Notes: generated by a model from the sequence alone, not told the origin. A DNA stretch of 64,000 bases from Candidatus Dojkabacteria bacterium (GCA_016182915.1 JACPFP010000002.1:230244-294243); one strand, 5' to 3'; shown: positions 42,848 through 53,008, counted from the first letter of the stretch. Program-made: numbers and translations.

Positions 42848-43360
42848 ATGACTCAGGCACCTATTCCCGCAACAGAGCTTTCTTTAGAAAAGAGACTCTC
42901 TATAGCAGAAAGTACTATCAACTCTATGATCGAAAGTAAAATATGGGGAGAGTTTGGAGATTTATTTCTTCCTAAATACCTTGAAGGAATGAATGACCCT
43001 AGAAATACAGTAACCGAAAGCTGGAATAATCCATACTCTTTAGGATTCCTTACCAGAATTGCACTTGTAAAAGGCAACACTATGGAATTTGATCCAATCG
43101 AAGCTAGGATGATGCTTGAGGAACCGTTCAAAACCTCAATTAAACTTCTCGAAAAGGCATTGGTACTAGAAGGAGCTCTCTCTGTTGAAGATTACCTAAT
43201 CTTATATTCTGACATGGGCGAAGAGGGCAACATTCCAATGTTATATGAAGATTTCCTTACAATTAGAGATTGCCGAACAGAAGCGACTTCAATACCCTTA
43301 AGCAACCCATATGTAACCGCCAATACTCCAGTGAAGACAGAGAAGCGGTTTCCTTTTTAA
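42848..43360 (+). CDS. hypothetical protein (170 aa from Met at 42848; the track ORF begins at 42662)
   Basis: The N-terminal part of the track ORF is low-complexity and overlaps the divergent gene's start region. MTQAPIP... is the first plausible start. Confidence 0.35.
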   Translation: MTQAPIPATELSLEKRLSIAESTINSMIESKIWGEFGDLFLPKYLEGMNDPRNTVTESWNNPYSLGFLTRIALVKGNTMEFDPIEARMMLEEPFKTSIKLLEKALVLEGALSVEDYLILYSDMGEEGNIPMLYEDFLTIRDCRTEATSIPLSNPYVTANTPVKTEKRFPF

Positions 43361-44217
43361 AGAAGATAGCTCTTTAAGGTAGCAATCTCTTCTCCCATTG
43401 TAGTATCAGATTTTAAAGCTGGGGTCTCTAGAATGAAAGGGATATCCTTAAGTTTAGGATGGTTTATAAGAGCCCTCATGGCTTCTTCCCCTATCTTCCC
43501 CTTCCCAATGTTCTCATGCCTATCTCTATGTGAGTTAAATGCCATCATAGAGTCATTTAAGTGAAAACATTTAATGTTTTCCAATCCAAGGATACTATCC
43601 ACTTTTTTAACAATACCCTCTAAATCTGTAGTCCAATCATATCCAGAAACAAACATATGTTGAGTATCAAGAACATATCCAACCCTCTTCTTATCCTCAA
43701 CCCCATCTCTCATCGCAGCAAGTTCCTCTAATGTATCACCCATAATTGCTCCTGCTCCCGCTGATGATTCTAGAAGAAGCATCGAGTTGCCTGGAACCTG
43801 TTCTAGTATCCAGTTAAGGCCGTACGAAATTCTTTTTATACCCTCTTCAGGGGTTAAATCCTTCGCAGAACCTGGGTGAAAGGTTACACCTAGTACGTCA
43901 AGATCCTCACACCTTTTCATAACTTCCTCAGCATACTTAAGGTATGTAACAAGGGACATCTTACCTAGATGGAACATCTGCTTATCCTGCCTTGCCAGGT
44001 TTATAAGGTAGATGCAGTGCATAAGAAGTTTCTTCACCCCACTACCCTTCTGCTCTTTTGCAAAAGCCTCTACCTGCTCCATAGGAACATCCTTAAGTGC
44101 CCATCTCATTGGAGCCGTTGGCATTGTCTGAATGCTGTTAATACCATATTTAACGGCCTGCTTTATTGCGTTCTCATGTCCTCCTGCTGATGTAACGTGT
44201 GCACCAAAATATCTCAT
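43357..44217 (-). CDS. nfo: endonuclease IV (AP endonuclease, TIM-barrel)
   Basis: MRYFGAHVTSAGG...NAIKQA...G...IQ start and conserved His/Glu/Asp metal ligands through the length (...FHLND..., ...HIG.GKIG...). Confidence 0.8.
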   Translation of the reverse strand: MRYFGAHVTSAGGHENAIKQAVKYGINSIQTMPTAPMRWALKDVPMEQVEAFAKEQKGSGVKKLLMHCIYLINLARQDKQMFHLGKMSLVTYLKYAEEVMKRCEDLDVLGVTFHPGSAKDLTPEEGIKRISYGLNWILEQVPGNSMLLLESSAGAGAIMGDTLEELAAMRDGVEDKKRVGYVLDTQHMFVSGYDWTTDLEGIVKKVDSILGLENIKCFHLNDSMMAFNSHRDRHENIGKGKIGEEAMRALINHPKLKDIPFILETPALKSDTTMGEEIATLKSYLL

Positions 44218-44221
44218 CTTT

Positions 44222-44836
44222 CTATGTTTTCAATTTAGATATAAATGAAATCAAATAATCTGACGGGTGTAACTTTCTATGCCAGAAGATTATATTCATT
44301 GTATTAATCTTAAAAGCTAGCCCTAAAAGAGGAAACTTTTCAGCGTGAAAACTCCTATTTAGTCTATCACTACTCATTGCTTCTATATTGTCTGCTTCAA
44401 TGAGGATTTGAATTAAAGGTGCATATGTTTTGGAAAAAAGGAAGTATAGAAGAAAATGGTTGTGGTAACGGACCGCAGCACAGAGGGAATCGAGTCGTTT
44501 AGGAGATAGGTAGCTCTTAAGTTCATTTCTCACAATCTTTTCTGACTCATACCCTTCTAAAAAGAAGGCTCTAAGGGTAGTTTTCTTCATTCTAGCCTTA
44601 TATGTATCATGCCACCATGAAGCAAGTGAAACCAGTTTCACATCAGTATCATCGTGTATAAGACCTTTCTCCTTCATCTCTTTGAATATCTCTAAAGCAT
44701 GCTTCTCTACGTTCTCTGCATGTTCGTAATCATGTCCCCTATTTATGGAGTTTTTCATCCATATCTTTCCAAGTTCAATTGCTTCATTCTCCTTCATAGT
44801 AAATAATATCATTATAATGTTGATAATAAAATCCAT
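44222..44836 (-). CDS. HD-domain phosphohydrolase
   Basis: H...HD (ENVEKHA...WWHDTYK) and downstream D motifs. Confidence 0.55.
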   Translation of the reverse strand: MDFIINIIMILFTMKENEAIELGKIWMKNSINRGHDYEHAENVEKHALEIFKEMKEKGLIHDDTDVKLVSLASWWHDTYKARMKKTTLRAFFLEGYESEKIVRNELKSYLSPKRLDSLCAAVRYHNHFLLYFLFSKTYAPLIQILIEADNIEAMSSDRLNRSFHAEKFPLLGLAFKINTMNIIFWHRKLHPSDYLISFISKLKT

Positions 44837-44860
44837 TGTAGATATAATTCTTTCAGTATG

Positions 44861-44973
<113 letters not shown>

Positions 44974-44982
44974 CCAAAACCA

Positions 44983-45672
44983 CTAAGTAAGATTCTGCTT
45001 ATATTCTTCAATATTCTGAGGAAGATTTTTAACACTTTTGCCCTTCAAATACTCTTTTAGAGTATTTCCAAACCTATCATTAATCCAATAATCGGGTATA
45101 TATAAAGAACATATCCAATCAACTAATTGTTCCGTTTCGTCATGGGACAGTTTATATTTACTCACAATCTCTTCACCAATTCCAATATGTACCATTTCAT
45201 GGATTAATGCTGTAGAAGCATTTCTAACAAGAGTATCGCCGACATCATCTATAACTAGCAAAATGGATCCCGTCTTTTCATTACAGTTTCCACCTACTCC
45301 GTACTTTGTAATGCTGATTTCATAAGTTGGAAATATTTTGAATCCCCAATTCAAACAATCAGAAACTATTTTTGAAAAAGCAGGATAAACATTTTTTATT
45401 TCATTCTCGAGTTTATTCTCACCTAAGTTATATGATATTGGGTTGTATATTTCATTTGAAAAAATAGAGGAAAGTTTATTTTTAATTCCTTTGGGAAAAC
45501 TTGGCGACATTACAGCAACTTCCATAAAGCGAACATCTTTAGGTAATATTGGATAATAACCATGTTCTCGATAGAAAGGCAGGCGAGAAATAACATTCCA
45601 AAGGTTAGAATACTCGATCTCTGGAGAAGTCGGCTTAATTTTAAGTTCAAATATCATATCTTGATTATACAC
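44983..45672 (-). CDS. HExxH zinc-metallopeptidase-like protein (SprT/ImmA-like motif), enclosed by the att-like repeats
   Basis: 229 aa with ...ALIHEMVHIGIGEE.... This is the only gene between the two direct repeats. Confidence 0.4.
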   Translation of the reverse strand: MYNQDMIFELKIKPTSPEIEYSNLWNVISRLPFYREHGYYPILPKDVRFMEVAVMSPSFPKGIKNKLSSIFSNEIYNPISYNLGENKLENEIKNVYPAFSKIVSDCLNWGFKIFPTYEISITKYGVGGNCNEKTGSILLVIDDVGDTLVRNASTALIHEMVHIGIGEEIVSKYKLSHDETEQLVDWICSLYIPDYWINDRFGNTLKEYLKGKSVKNLPQNIEEYKQNLT

Positions 45673-45745
45673 CTTTATACGGTCTCTTTTGTCTCACCTT
45701 AAGTATAATAATGTTGGGATATTGGGTTCAAGACCCGTATGTTCC

Positions 45746-45773
45746 GCCATATGTTCACGGTAGCGACAAGAAT
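45746..45773 (+). repeat. direct repeat copy 2 (att-like), preceded by a degenerate tRNA T-arm-like fragment
   Basis: CCGCCATATGTTCACGGTAGCGACAAGA. The 25 nt upstream (GGGTTCAAGACCCGTATGTT) resemble a tRNA T-stem/loop plus acceptor remnant. Confidence 0.7.
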
Positions 45774-45840
45774 ACTCCCTCCGTTGTATAATGACCACAG
45801 ATTATTACTTCTAACCTCAATTAGAGATAACATTAACAAA

Positions 45841-46287
45841 ATGTATAGACTAGCAAAAGGAAAAGCATTTTTAATCGCAGTTAAAGCTCTCATAACCAAT
45901 TCAAAAGATGAATTATTATTATTAAAAGTACATACAGGGCTACGCGACTCAGAGAAGTGGGATTTACCAGGAGGGCTAATGGAATTCGAAGATACTGTCA
46001 AAAGCAGAGTGAAACAGGAAGTCTTTGAAGAAACCGGACTTACTCTAGATAATTGGAAGTTAGCCAATGTTTCAGAAACTATATTTGAGAACTTCAAGTT
46101 TGAAGAGGATGATGTAAGAGATGTAAGGGTTGTTGTAATAGGATTTACAACAAAATTAGAAGATGAAGACATTCAAATTAATCTTTCTGAGGAACATGAG
46201 GATTATATTTGGTGTGATAGAAAGCAACTAAAGGAATATATACTTTCTAAACCAACCAAAGCGATAATAGGCGAAGAGCCTACCTAG
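45841..46287 (+). CDS. Nudix hydrolase (track ORF starts at 45739 and overlaps the repeat; internal Met chosen)
   Basis: Nudix box GGLMEFEDTVKSRVKQEVFEETGL. Confidence 0.6.
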   Translation: MYRLAKGKAFLIAVKALITNSKDELLLLKVHTGLRDSEKWDLPGGLMEFEDTVKSRVKQEVFEETGLTLDNWKLANVSETIFENFKFEEDDVRDVRVVVIGFTTKLEDEDIQINLSEEHEDYIWCDRKQLKEYILSKPTKAIIGEEPT

Positions 46288-46318
46288 ATAGAGGTATCTC
46301 ACCCTCAAAACATCCAAC

Positions 46319-47164
46319 TTATATCTTCACCGCTTTATCCAATACAGCCCCCGCACCCTTTAACAAGGCATAGGTTACCTTATCCATCTTTGTGCCATCA
46401 AAGATTGCCTCTTCAACATCACAGTGACGGAAAAACACATTACGCAAAACTGAATTTTTAAATGTTGTCTTATTAAAAGAAGAATGACTAAAAGTCACAC
46501 CTTCAAATTCTTCGTTATCAAATGACATTCCATCTAAGTCTGAGTTAATAAACTCTGTCACGTTAAAAATTGTATTTTGAAATGTAGCATCATGTAGCGC
46601 TGAAGCATTAAACTTTGCTCCAGTTAGATTAGCTTCGCTAAAGTTCACATTGGTTAAATCACTCGCGGCGAAGCGAGCCTTAGACAGATCTGCCTTCACA
46701 AATGACGCTCCCCCTACTGCAGAAGCTCGAAAAGTCGAATTAGTTAGGTTGGATCCATTAAATACAGTTCCAATTAGTGAGCTGTAGCTAAAATCTTCAT
46801 CAGATAGGTCAGAATCACTAAGATCAGCATCGTTTAAAACAGTAGATGCAAATCTAGAAAACCCCATCAGCACTTTTGCCTGTTTAACAGTATTCTTTAA
46901 CACTCCCCGCAGACCAGTTTCCTCTACTGGCTTTGGCTTATCACTCTTCTCAGTATGAGGGACTTGCTCCATAATCTCTTCTACATCGCCAAACGAGTCA
47001 ACAGCAGACTGATATGCTTCTTCATCACTCTTCCCTTCTTTCTTTAAATCTTTATATTTTTCAAGAAGGTTAGCAAGTAATTCTTTCGTGACATCAGCTC
47101 GGGCAGGAAAACTTCCGTAAGGAGCAAAGGCACTATCTAAAAACTGTTGTAATTTCTTTTCCAT
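46319..47164 (-). CDS. pentapeptide-repeat protein
   Basis: About 35 tandem A(D/N)LxX pentapeptides in the C-terminal 180 aa, with a non-repeat ~100-aa N-terminus. Confidence 0.75.
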   Translation of the reverse strand: MEKKLQQFLDSAFAPYGSFPARADVTKELLANLLEKYKDLKKEGKSDEEAYQSAVDSFGDVEEIMEQVPHTEKSDKPKPVEETGLRGVLKNTVKQAKVLMGFSRFASTVLNDADLSDSDLSDEDFSYSSLIGTVFNGSNLTNSTFRASAVGGASFVKADLSKARFAASDLTNVNFSEANLTGAKFNASALHDATFQNTIFNVTEFINSDLDGMSFDNEEFEGVTFSHSSFNKTTFKNSVLRNVFFRHCDVEEAIFDGTKMDKVTYALLKGAGAVLDKAVKI

Positions 47165-47172
47165 TACTTAAT

Positions 47173-47556
47173 TTATAATAATTTATCTAAAATATGCTTC
47201 GCAAAAATCCAATTCTGCTTGTTGCTCTTATACAATTCACGACCGCTTTCCGTAATATGATAGTACCTTCGCCTACTCCCTTGAGTTTCATCTCCCCAAT
47301 AGGAGGTAATATATTTATCATTTTCTAGGCGCTTTAGACTTGAATACATGGTAGCCTCCTTTAATTCATACTGTCGTTCAGAAAGTTCAAATACAAGCTT
47401 GGTAATTTCATAGCCATACTTATCGCTCTCGATCAAGAGTCCGAGAATAATAGTATCTGTATGTCCACGAAGTAAGTCTGCCGATATCTTTTTATATTCC
47501 ATAGCTGCATTGTATATCATACTACTATGACTGTCAAGGTATATAGCTTCCGACAC
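47173..47556 (-). CDS. PadR-family transcriptional regulator
   Basis: PadR wHTH signature: LRGHTDTIILGLLIESDKYGYEI...E.S.....MYSSLKRLENDKYITSYW. Confidence 0.75.
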   Translation of the reverse strand: MSEAIYLDSHSSMIYNAAMEYKKISADLLRGHTDTIILGLLIESDKYGYEITKLVFELSERQYELKEATMYSSLKRLENDKYITSYWGDETQGSRRRYYHITESGRELYKSNKQNWIFAKHILDKLL

Positions 47557-47607
47557 AAAGTATTAGACACTAACTAAAAGGAGGGAATCCTCTTATATAA
47601 ACGAGTT

Positions 47608-48999
47608 CTACATATCAGCCCTCTCAAAATGATAAGGTCCGATTTCACATCCACTATAGTCAGTTGAAAAAGTCACCTCCTCTCCATAAAAAGAGGTTTT
47701 AGCTCCAAAAACCACTTTATACTTTCCCTTATTTACAGACTCTGCAATAATTGGATTAGAAAAAAACGAGGTTAGATTCTCTCGAAGAAAAATAACTCGT
47801 TCTCTTTGAATAATCGCTATCAGATTAAGAATCCGACTTTTGTATTTAACAATCTTCCCCACTTCTAAACGATTTTGCAATCCATGAAAAAGAAATAAGG
47901 CAGAAATTAAGGAAGTATGTAACTGATGAATAGGAATTGCAGAACAGTTAATAAAAGTTGTTATTGAAATATCTAGTTCTGGAACGTAAGTAGCCTTAGA
48001 AGTATACCCCCAAACTTCACCTTGATGGTCGTAAATCTTTAACCCATTAAAATCCCAGGAAGAGATCCCAAGTTCCCAATTTGGTTCAGGATGGCGATTA
48101 ACAAAGTATTTATCTTTAGAGATTATTTTCCCCCACTTTTTAATGTAAATTTTCAATAGTTTCTCTACATCTTTTATCTCCGCCTGCCAACCCACACTAC
48201 CTACCATTCCTTTATAGTCTTCAAATTTAACCTTATCCCTCCTCCTATTTTCATAATTAAAGTTTGTATAACCGTCATAAATCCCTATAGGAAGGTTGAA
48301 TTCAAACTCTTTACCTCCTAATAATTTCGGAATGCAATCATTAATAAAGTCTGTATACTTTTGGGAGGTTACCTTTTCAAGGATAAGTCTTAGAAGTTCA
48401 AACCCGATATTTGAGTACCCCCAATCACAGTCACGCAAATCTGAAACATTCAGAAAATAGTTCATCAATTCTTTATCATCGGGATACTCATTATTTGAAG
48501 TTGCCCCCCACGGCCCTTCCCTCCTCAATCCCGAAGTATGGTTTGCCAATTTAAAGAGTCTGATACTTCCAACTGGGCAATTTTTGAACTCAGGGAGGTA
48601 CTCTGACACCTTCGCCTCAAGATTAATTCTATTTTCACGAACTAGGAGAAGAAGGACGTATGTGAGCAACACCTTTGATATTGAACCTAGTCTTAAAGTC
48701 TTTTCTTCTACACTCATCTCACCATACCGAGAGTCTACCAAAACAACATCCCCTTGCGTTATCAGAGTTCTCGCCCCAGGAGCGAAGTTTTTTACATACC
48801 AATCTTTTAAATATAGATTAAGAGTTGATATGAATTCCTCTTTAGACAGAATATTGTTTATATCATAAAGTCCCTCCATTCCGCGATTATACGGTAGAAA
48901 GGAGTTACAGACAACATATAATGAACAATATTTCATAATTACATCCATGAATACCGCAATATTATTTTCCCATGGATTCGGAATTAGATTTGTTTTCAC
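47608..48999 (-). CDS. serine hydrolase of the beta-lactamase/transpeptidase fold (start uncertain)
   Basis: SxxK motif (SISK) about 105 aa in, with downstream Y.N-like and KTG-like elements. The first ~18 codons overlap a duplicated 46-bp segment, so the true start may be an internal Met. Confidence 0.6.
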   Translation of the reverse strand: MKTNLIPNPWENNIAVFMDVIMKYCSLYVVCNSFLPYNRGMEGLYDINNILSKEEFISTLNLYLKDWYVKNFAPGARTLITQGDVVLVDSRYGEMSVEEKTLRLGSISKVLLTYVLLLLVRENRINLEAKVSEYLPEFKNCPVGSIRLFKLANHTSGLRREGPWGATSNNEYPDDKELMNYFLNVSDLRDCDWGYSNIGFELLRLILEKVTSQKYTDFINDCIPKLLGGKEFEFNLPIGIYDGYTNFNYENRRRDKVKFEDYKGMVGSVGWQAEIKDVEKLLKIYIKKWGKIISKDKYFVNRHPEPNWELGISSWDFNGLKIYDHQGEVWGYTSKATYVPELDISITTFINCSAIPIHQLHTSLISALFLFHGLQNRLEVGKIVKYKSRILNLIAIIQRERVIFLRENLTSFFSNPIIAESVNKGKYKVVFGAKTSFYGEEVTFSTDYSGCEIGPYHFERADM

Positions 49000-49050
49000 T
49001 ATAAAACAGAACTACAATATATAGGGCTAATATTTTAACAAGCTATTCAT

Positions 49051-49407
49051 ATGGAGAAAGGATATAAAATAATACAGGTAGTTGGAACGATTATTGGAAT
49101 AATCTTAATTCCATACTTAATTGGATTAGGTATGAACTTCCAGAAAAGCAGAGCGGAGAAATACCCATGGTCTGGGAGCTTTTTCAATAGGACATACTCA
49201 GAAGCAAACCAACTAACGGATTCAAAAAGAAATAAATTCAAGACAGTTAATGAGTGCCAGACTTGGGCAAAAGAGAAAGCTGAGTGGTACGACTTAAAAG
49301 AAGGAGAATGGGATTATGAATGTGGTAAGAACTGTGAATATAAAGATCAGGGAATTACAGGAGGAAAGCGCATTGAGACGTTCGAATGTGAAGAGATCAC
49401 TCAATAA
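49051..49407 (+). CDS. small membrane-anchored Cys-containing protein
   Basis: N-terminal TM (IIQVVGTIIGIILIPYLIGL), then a ~80-aa domain with four Cys (CQTW...CGKNC...CEE). Confidence 0.35.
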   Translation: MEKGYKIIQVVGTIIGIILIPYLIGLGMNFQKSRAEKYPWSGSFFNRTYSEANQLTDSKRNKFKTVNECQTWAKEKAEWYDLKEGEWDYECGKNCEYKDQGITGGKRIETFECEEITQ

Positions 49408-49480
49408 CTTTTCTTCATCAGTAGTACGACTATAGTAACATATAGTTGCAACCATCTACCACTACGTAGTATAATCAAAT

Positions 49481-50257
49481 ATGAATATTAAGAATTCACT
49501 TGAAAACTTGGGATTGTCACAAAATGAGATTTCAATTTACCTCTACCTACTCTCAAAGGGAGAAAGCTTAGGTAATCAGATTCGTAAGGACAATCAATTA
49601 GACAAATCTACCTCGTATAAAGCAATCACACAATTACTTAGAAAGGGCCTTATAACAAGTTCAGGAGACTCAAGAAATCAAAAATTCAAAGTCGCTCCAA
49701 AAGATGTAATGTTAAAACTCTTTGATAAACAGAAAGCAGAGATTGATGACTCAAAAAGTATCTTCTTAAACGCATTTGCGGATCTAGAGAAATATTCAGC
49801 AGACTACTATCAAAATGAAAATGTGAAGATATTTGTGGGTAGTGATGCATATACAAGATATCACAAGGAGATACTACGAGAGGAGATAGAGACAATTAGG
49901 ACAATAACTTCTTCAGAGACCGCTAAAAAACTCGCCGGAGGAACAGGTAACCTTAAAGAGGGAAACGAATGGTTTATTAAAGAGAGAGTATCTAGAGATA
50001 TAAATGTTAAAGTCCTTTACGATATAAGTGCTATTCCAGATGAGTATGATGTAAGCAACATACCTTTACTCAAAGAATGCAGAAGGTACTCCCAAAAGCT
50101 CAACTTAGAGTCTATGATGTCTACCTTCGGAGATAGAGTTGGTTTTGCAACAATCAAAGAAGGAAAGTTTTGGGCCTTAATAATCAAGGATCAGTTAATT
50201 GTAGACTTGCTAAACAGCCTCTTCGAATCTATTTGGATAATTTCCACAAAATCTTAA
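49481..50257 (+). CDS. TrmB-like HTH transcriptional regulator (tentative)
   Basis: N-terminal LENLGLSQNEISIYLYLLSKGESLGNQI...KSTSYKAITQLLRKGLI resembles a TrmB-family wHTH. Confidence 0.45.
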   Translation: MNIKNSLENLGLSQNEISIYLYLLSKGESLGNQIRKDNQLDKSTSYKAITQLLRKGLITSSGDSRNQKFKVAPKDVMLKLFDKQKAEIDDSKSIFLNAFADLEKYSADYYQNENVKIFVGSDAYTRYHKEILREEIETIRTITSSETAKKLAGGTGNLKEGNEWFIKERVSRDINVKVLYDISAIPDEYDVSNIPLLKECRRYSQKLNLESMMSTFGDRVGFATIKEGKFWALIIKDQLIVDLLNSLFESIWIISTKS

Positions 50258-50260
50258 ACT

Positions 50261-51109
50261 ATGAATAGTTCAATACCAGAAATAAAAGCATTTGGGAAAG
50301 ATAGACTTTTGAAGTTAGGAATTGGGACCTGGGGTATAGGTGGATATATGACCAAGACCCCCTACTCCGATTATGTTAACGAGATTGCTCAAATTAAGTA
50401 TCAGATAAACAAGGGATTAACTTTATTAGATTGCTGGATAGCCCAAGGCGAAGGTGGATCACTAGAACTAATACGCCAATCAATTGAAGAGTTTGACAGG
50501 AAAAGCCTCACGCTGTTATGTAAGTTCGACATTCATAAATACAAAGATATTAATGAGTTAGAAGAGGTCTTTAATAAGTACTTGAAACAACTAAATATCA
50601 GGTACATAGATGTATTTCAAATTCATAAACCTGATTTTAAAAACATTTCAGAGAAAGAGCTTGAGAAGTTCTTAAAGAGAAAGATCGCAGAAGGAAAAGT
50701 AATCAAATTTGCAGTATCGAATGCAAATATAGAAAGCATTAAAAATATACAGAAGAAGATTGATATTCCAATTGAGGCAAATGAGATTCTATACAATATT
50801 TTCAATCGCGAATACGAGCACGATGGTACTATTGAGTACTGTGTCAAAAATGGAATAAAGATACTCGCTTACAGACCAATAAATAGAGGAATGGCAAATA
50901 TTGCGCATGCGAATACGGAGTTTGCTAACCTAGTACTTAAATATGGTGTAACTCCAAGTCAGTTAGCATTAAACTGGTTACTACAGAAAAAGAATGTTAT
51001 GGCTCTTATAAAGAGTTCAAATAGAGCCCACATTAATGAGAACCTTGATTGCATGTCTATCGAGCTTTCTAAGGACGATATCAAAATTCTTGATAACTGG
51101 AGTTTATAG
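50261..51109 (+). CDS. aldo/keto reductase
   Basis: AKR blocks: LGIGTWGIG, YIDVFQIHKPD, AVSNAN, ...GIKILAYRPI..., and a C-terminal SQLALNWLLQ...IKSSNRAHINEN. Confidence 0.7.
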   Translation: MNSSIPEIKAFGKDRLLKLGIGTWGIGGYMTKTPYSDYVNEIAQIKYQINKGLTLLDCWIAQGEGGSLELIRQSIEEFDRKSLTLLCKFDIHKYKDINELEEVFNKYLKQLNIRYIDVFQIHKPDFKNISEKELEKFLKRKIAEGKVIKFAVSNANIESIKNIQKKIDIPIEANEILYNIFNREYEHDGTIEYCVKNGIKILAYRPINRGMANIAHANTEFANLVLKYGVTPSQLALNWLLQKKNVMALIKSSNRAHINENLDCMSIELSKDDIKILDNWSL

Positions 51110-51149
51110 TTTCTATTCTTCACAAAGGTTGATATGTTACAATTCATCC

Positions 51150-51818
51150 ATGAATACAGCAATACTATTCTCTCATGGATTCGGAATTAGGAAAGACAAC
51201 CTGGGGCTATTTATCTTCCTTTCTGAAAAGTTGCAAAGATTAGGATATATAACCGTACTCTTCGACTACTACGAATATAACGAAGAAACTAAAGAGGTAT
51301 ACACCATTCCATTCTCAAAACACGCTGAAATCCTCCAAGCCCAGATTGAGAAAGTTAAAAAAGAATATCCAGGAAAAGATATTAAAATAGTTGCTCAATC
51401 CCAGGGTTGTATTATTCCAACCCTCTGTGATATGACAGGTATCTCCCAGGTAATTGGAATATCCCCCTTCTTCTTAACAGATAGAAATTCGATATTGGAA
51501 AGATACAATGCAAGACCAGATAGTACGACAGACTTTTCTAGTATCTCGAGAAGAAAACACTCCGACGGAAAGATAACTGTTATTCCACCTGAATACTGGA
51601 CAGAACGATTTAATACTAATCAATACGATTTATACAATAAACTTGCACAGAAGACCTCCCTAACTCTAATCTATGGGAACAAAGACAATCTTGCTACCTC
51701 CGCAGATATAAAAAACATTAGAAATACAAAGATTATAGAAACAGAATCAGACCACGACTTTACAGGAGAGAACAAAGAGATCCTTTACGAAATTCTCCTC
51801 AAGGAGATTAAGAATTAG
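51150..51818 (+). CDS. alpha/beta-fold hydrolase (internal Met chosen; the track ORF starts at 51036 inside the upstream gene)
   Basis: HGFG oxyanion-hole-like motif near the N-terminus, a nucleophile elbow AQSQG, and downstream D/H candidates. Confidence 0.5.
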   Translation: MNTAILFSHGFGIRKDNLGLFIFLSEKLQRLGYITVLFDYYEYNEETKEVYTIPFSKHAEILQAQIEKVKKEYPGKDIKIVAQSQGCIIPTLCDMTGISQVIGISPFFLTDRNSILERYNARPDSTTDFSSISRRKHSDGKITVIPPEYWTERFNTNQYDLYNKLAQKTSLTLIYGNKDNLATSADIKNIRNTKIIETESDHDFTGENKEILYEILLKEIKN

Positions 51819-52719
51819 AGGGATCAATCTCCTTTCTCACACTCCAATACTCTCTCCATACTTCAAATCCAAGCTTCCTATAGAAATCAACAGCATACGT
51901 CCAACCAATCCATACATATTTAATACCTTGCTCTTTGATTTTTTGAGTTCCCCAGGCCTTCATAGCTAAACCAATACCCTTCCCCCTATGCTTCTCTGAA
52001 ACTCCTAACGCCGCCCCACCGCCAACACTACCCTCAAAGAGAAGTTTCCAATTACACTCACCCATCCATAATTCACTAATCCCAACTATTTCATCTTCAA
52101 TGCTAGCGTAGAAAACCTCACTAAATCTTTCCTCTTCCATATCAGATCTATAATACTCATACCAGTTAGGAAAGTTTTCTTTAGTAAACTCTACAATCTT
52201 TTCAGCAACTTCTCTTGTAGACATAGCTATTTTAACACCCTTCTCCTCCATCATCTCTAAAATACCAGCAGGCAAATTCCAATTTGTAATATCCTGATAC
52301 ATATCAATAAGGCCTTTATCAGTGACCTCGAATCCAAGCTCTTTGAAAAATCCTTCCACATTTAAATTTTTAGGGAGACCAGGAAAGATATATGAACCCG
52401 CTCCTGCTCCAAACAGAACCTCTTTTACACCTTTCCCCCTAAAGTGCTCCTGAGCTTGCTTTAATAATTTACTCCCAATTCCATTGTTCCTATGGTTTTT
52501 ACCTACGAAAAGAAAGCATATTACCCCTTTACTCTCTCGAACCTTTATTGATATGTAACCAGCAAGATCATCTCCAACATATTCCTTAAAAACCTTAGTC
52601 TCATTATTGATATCGTTCTTATGTTTCCCTGTAACTATATTTAAGAATGGCTCCTTGTTAATTGGCCAAAGTTTATACTCTTCCGAATTTCTATATATTT
52701 CGTATAGTTGATTATCCAT
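51808..52719 (-). CDS. tandem GNAT N-acetyltransferase (two GNAT domains)
   Basis: Two acetyl-CoA-binding motifs: HRNNGIGSKLLKQA and HRGKGIGLAMKAW. Confidence 0.65.
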   Translation of the reverse strand: MDNQLYEIYRNSEEYKLWPINKEPFLNIVTGKHKNDINNETKVFKEYVGDDLAGYISIKVRESKGVICFLFVGKNHRNNGIGSKLLKQAQEHFRGKGVKEVLFGAGAGSYIFPGLPKNLNVEGFFKELGFEVTDKGLIDMYQDITNWNLPAGILEMMEEKGVKIAMSTREVAEKIVEFTKENFPNWYEYYRSDMEEERFSEVFYASIEDEIVGISELWMGECNWKLLFEGSVGGGAALGVSEKHRGKGIGLAMKAWGTQKIKEQGIKYVWIGWTYAVDFYRKLGFEVWREYWSVRKEIDPSNS

Positions 52720-52796
52720 CTCCCAAGTTTATCCCAAATATTGTTACATTGTAAGCTAGAGAAAGGGAATCACAGCTCCTTCTTTTAGGAATAACC

Positions 52797-52825
52797 TTGC
52801 TAATAAGCCTCTTTTACGCTATAAT
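52797..52825 (+). promoter_or_regulatory. near-consensus sigma70-type promoter: TTGCTA, 17 nt, TATAAT
   Basis: -35 at 52797-52802, 17-nt spacer, -10 at 52820-52825. Predicted TSS at about 52832. Confidence 0.5.
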
Positions 52826-52986
52826 CCCCCTGAGTTAATACTCAAATAGATATATATTTATAAAAATGCGTAGATTTGCATTAAACACAATGAAGAACTT
52901 AGTAGTAACACCTTGCTATGAAGGTGCGAATTTCATTGTGGCTTATCTATTGTCTTAACAAATATCCCTTTAAGCGAAACTAGATA

Positions 52987-53008
52987 AGCCTCCATCGGAG
53001 GCTTTTTT
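52987..53008 (+). terminator. intrinsic terminator
   Basis: AAGCCTCC-ATC-GGAGGCTT stem-loop followed by TTTTTT. Confidence 0.6.
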
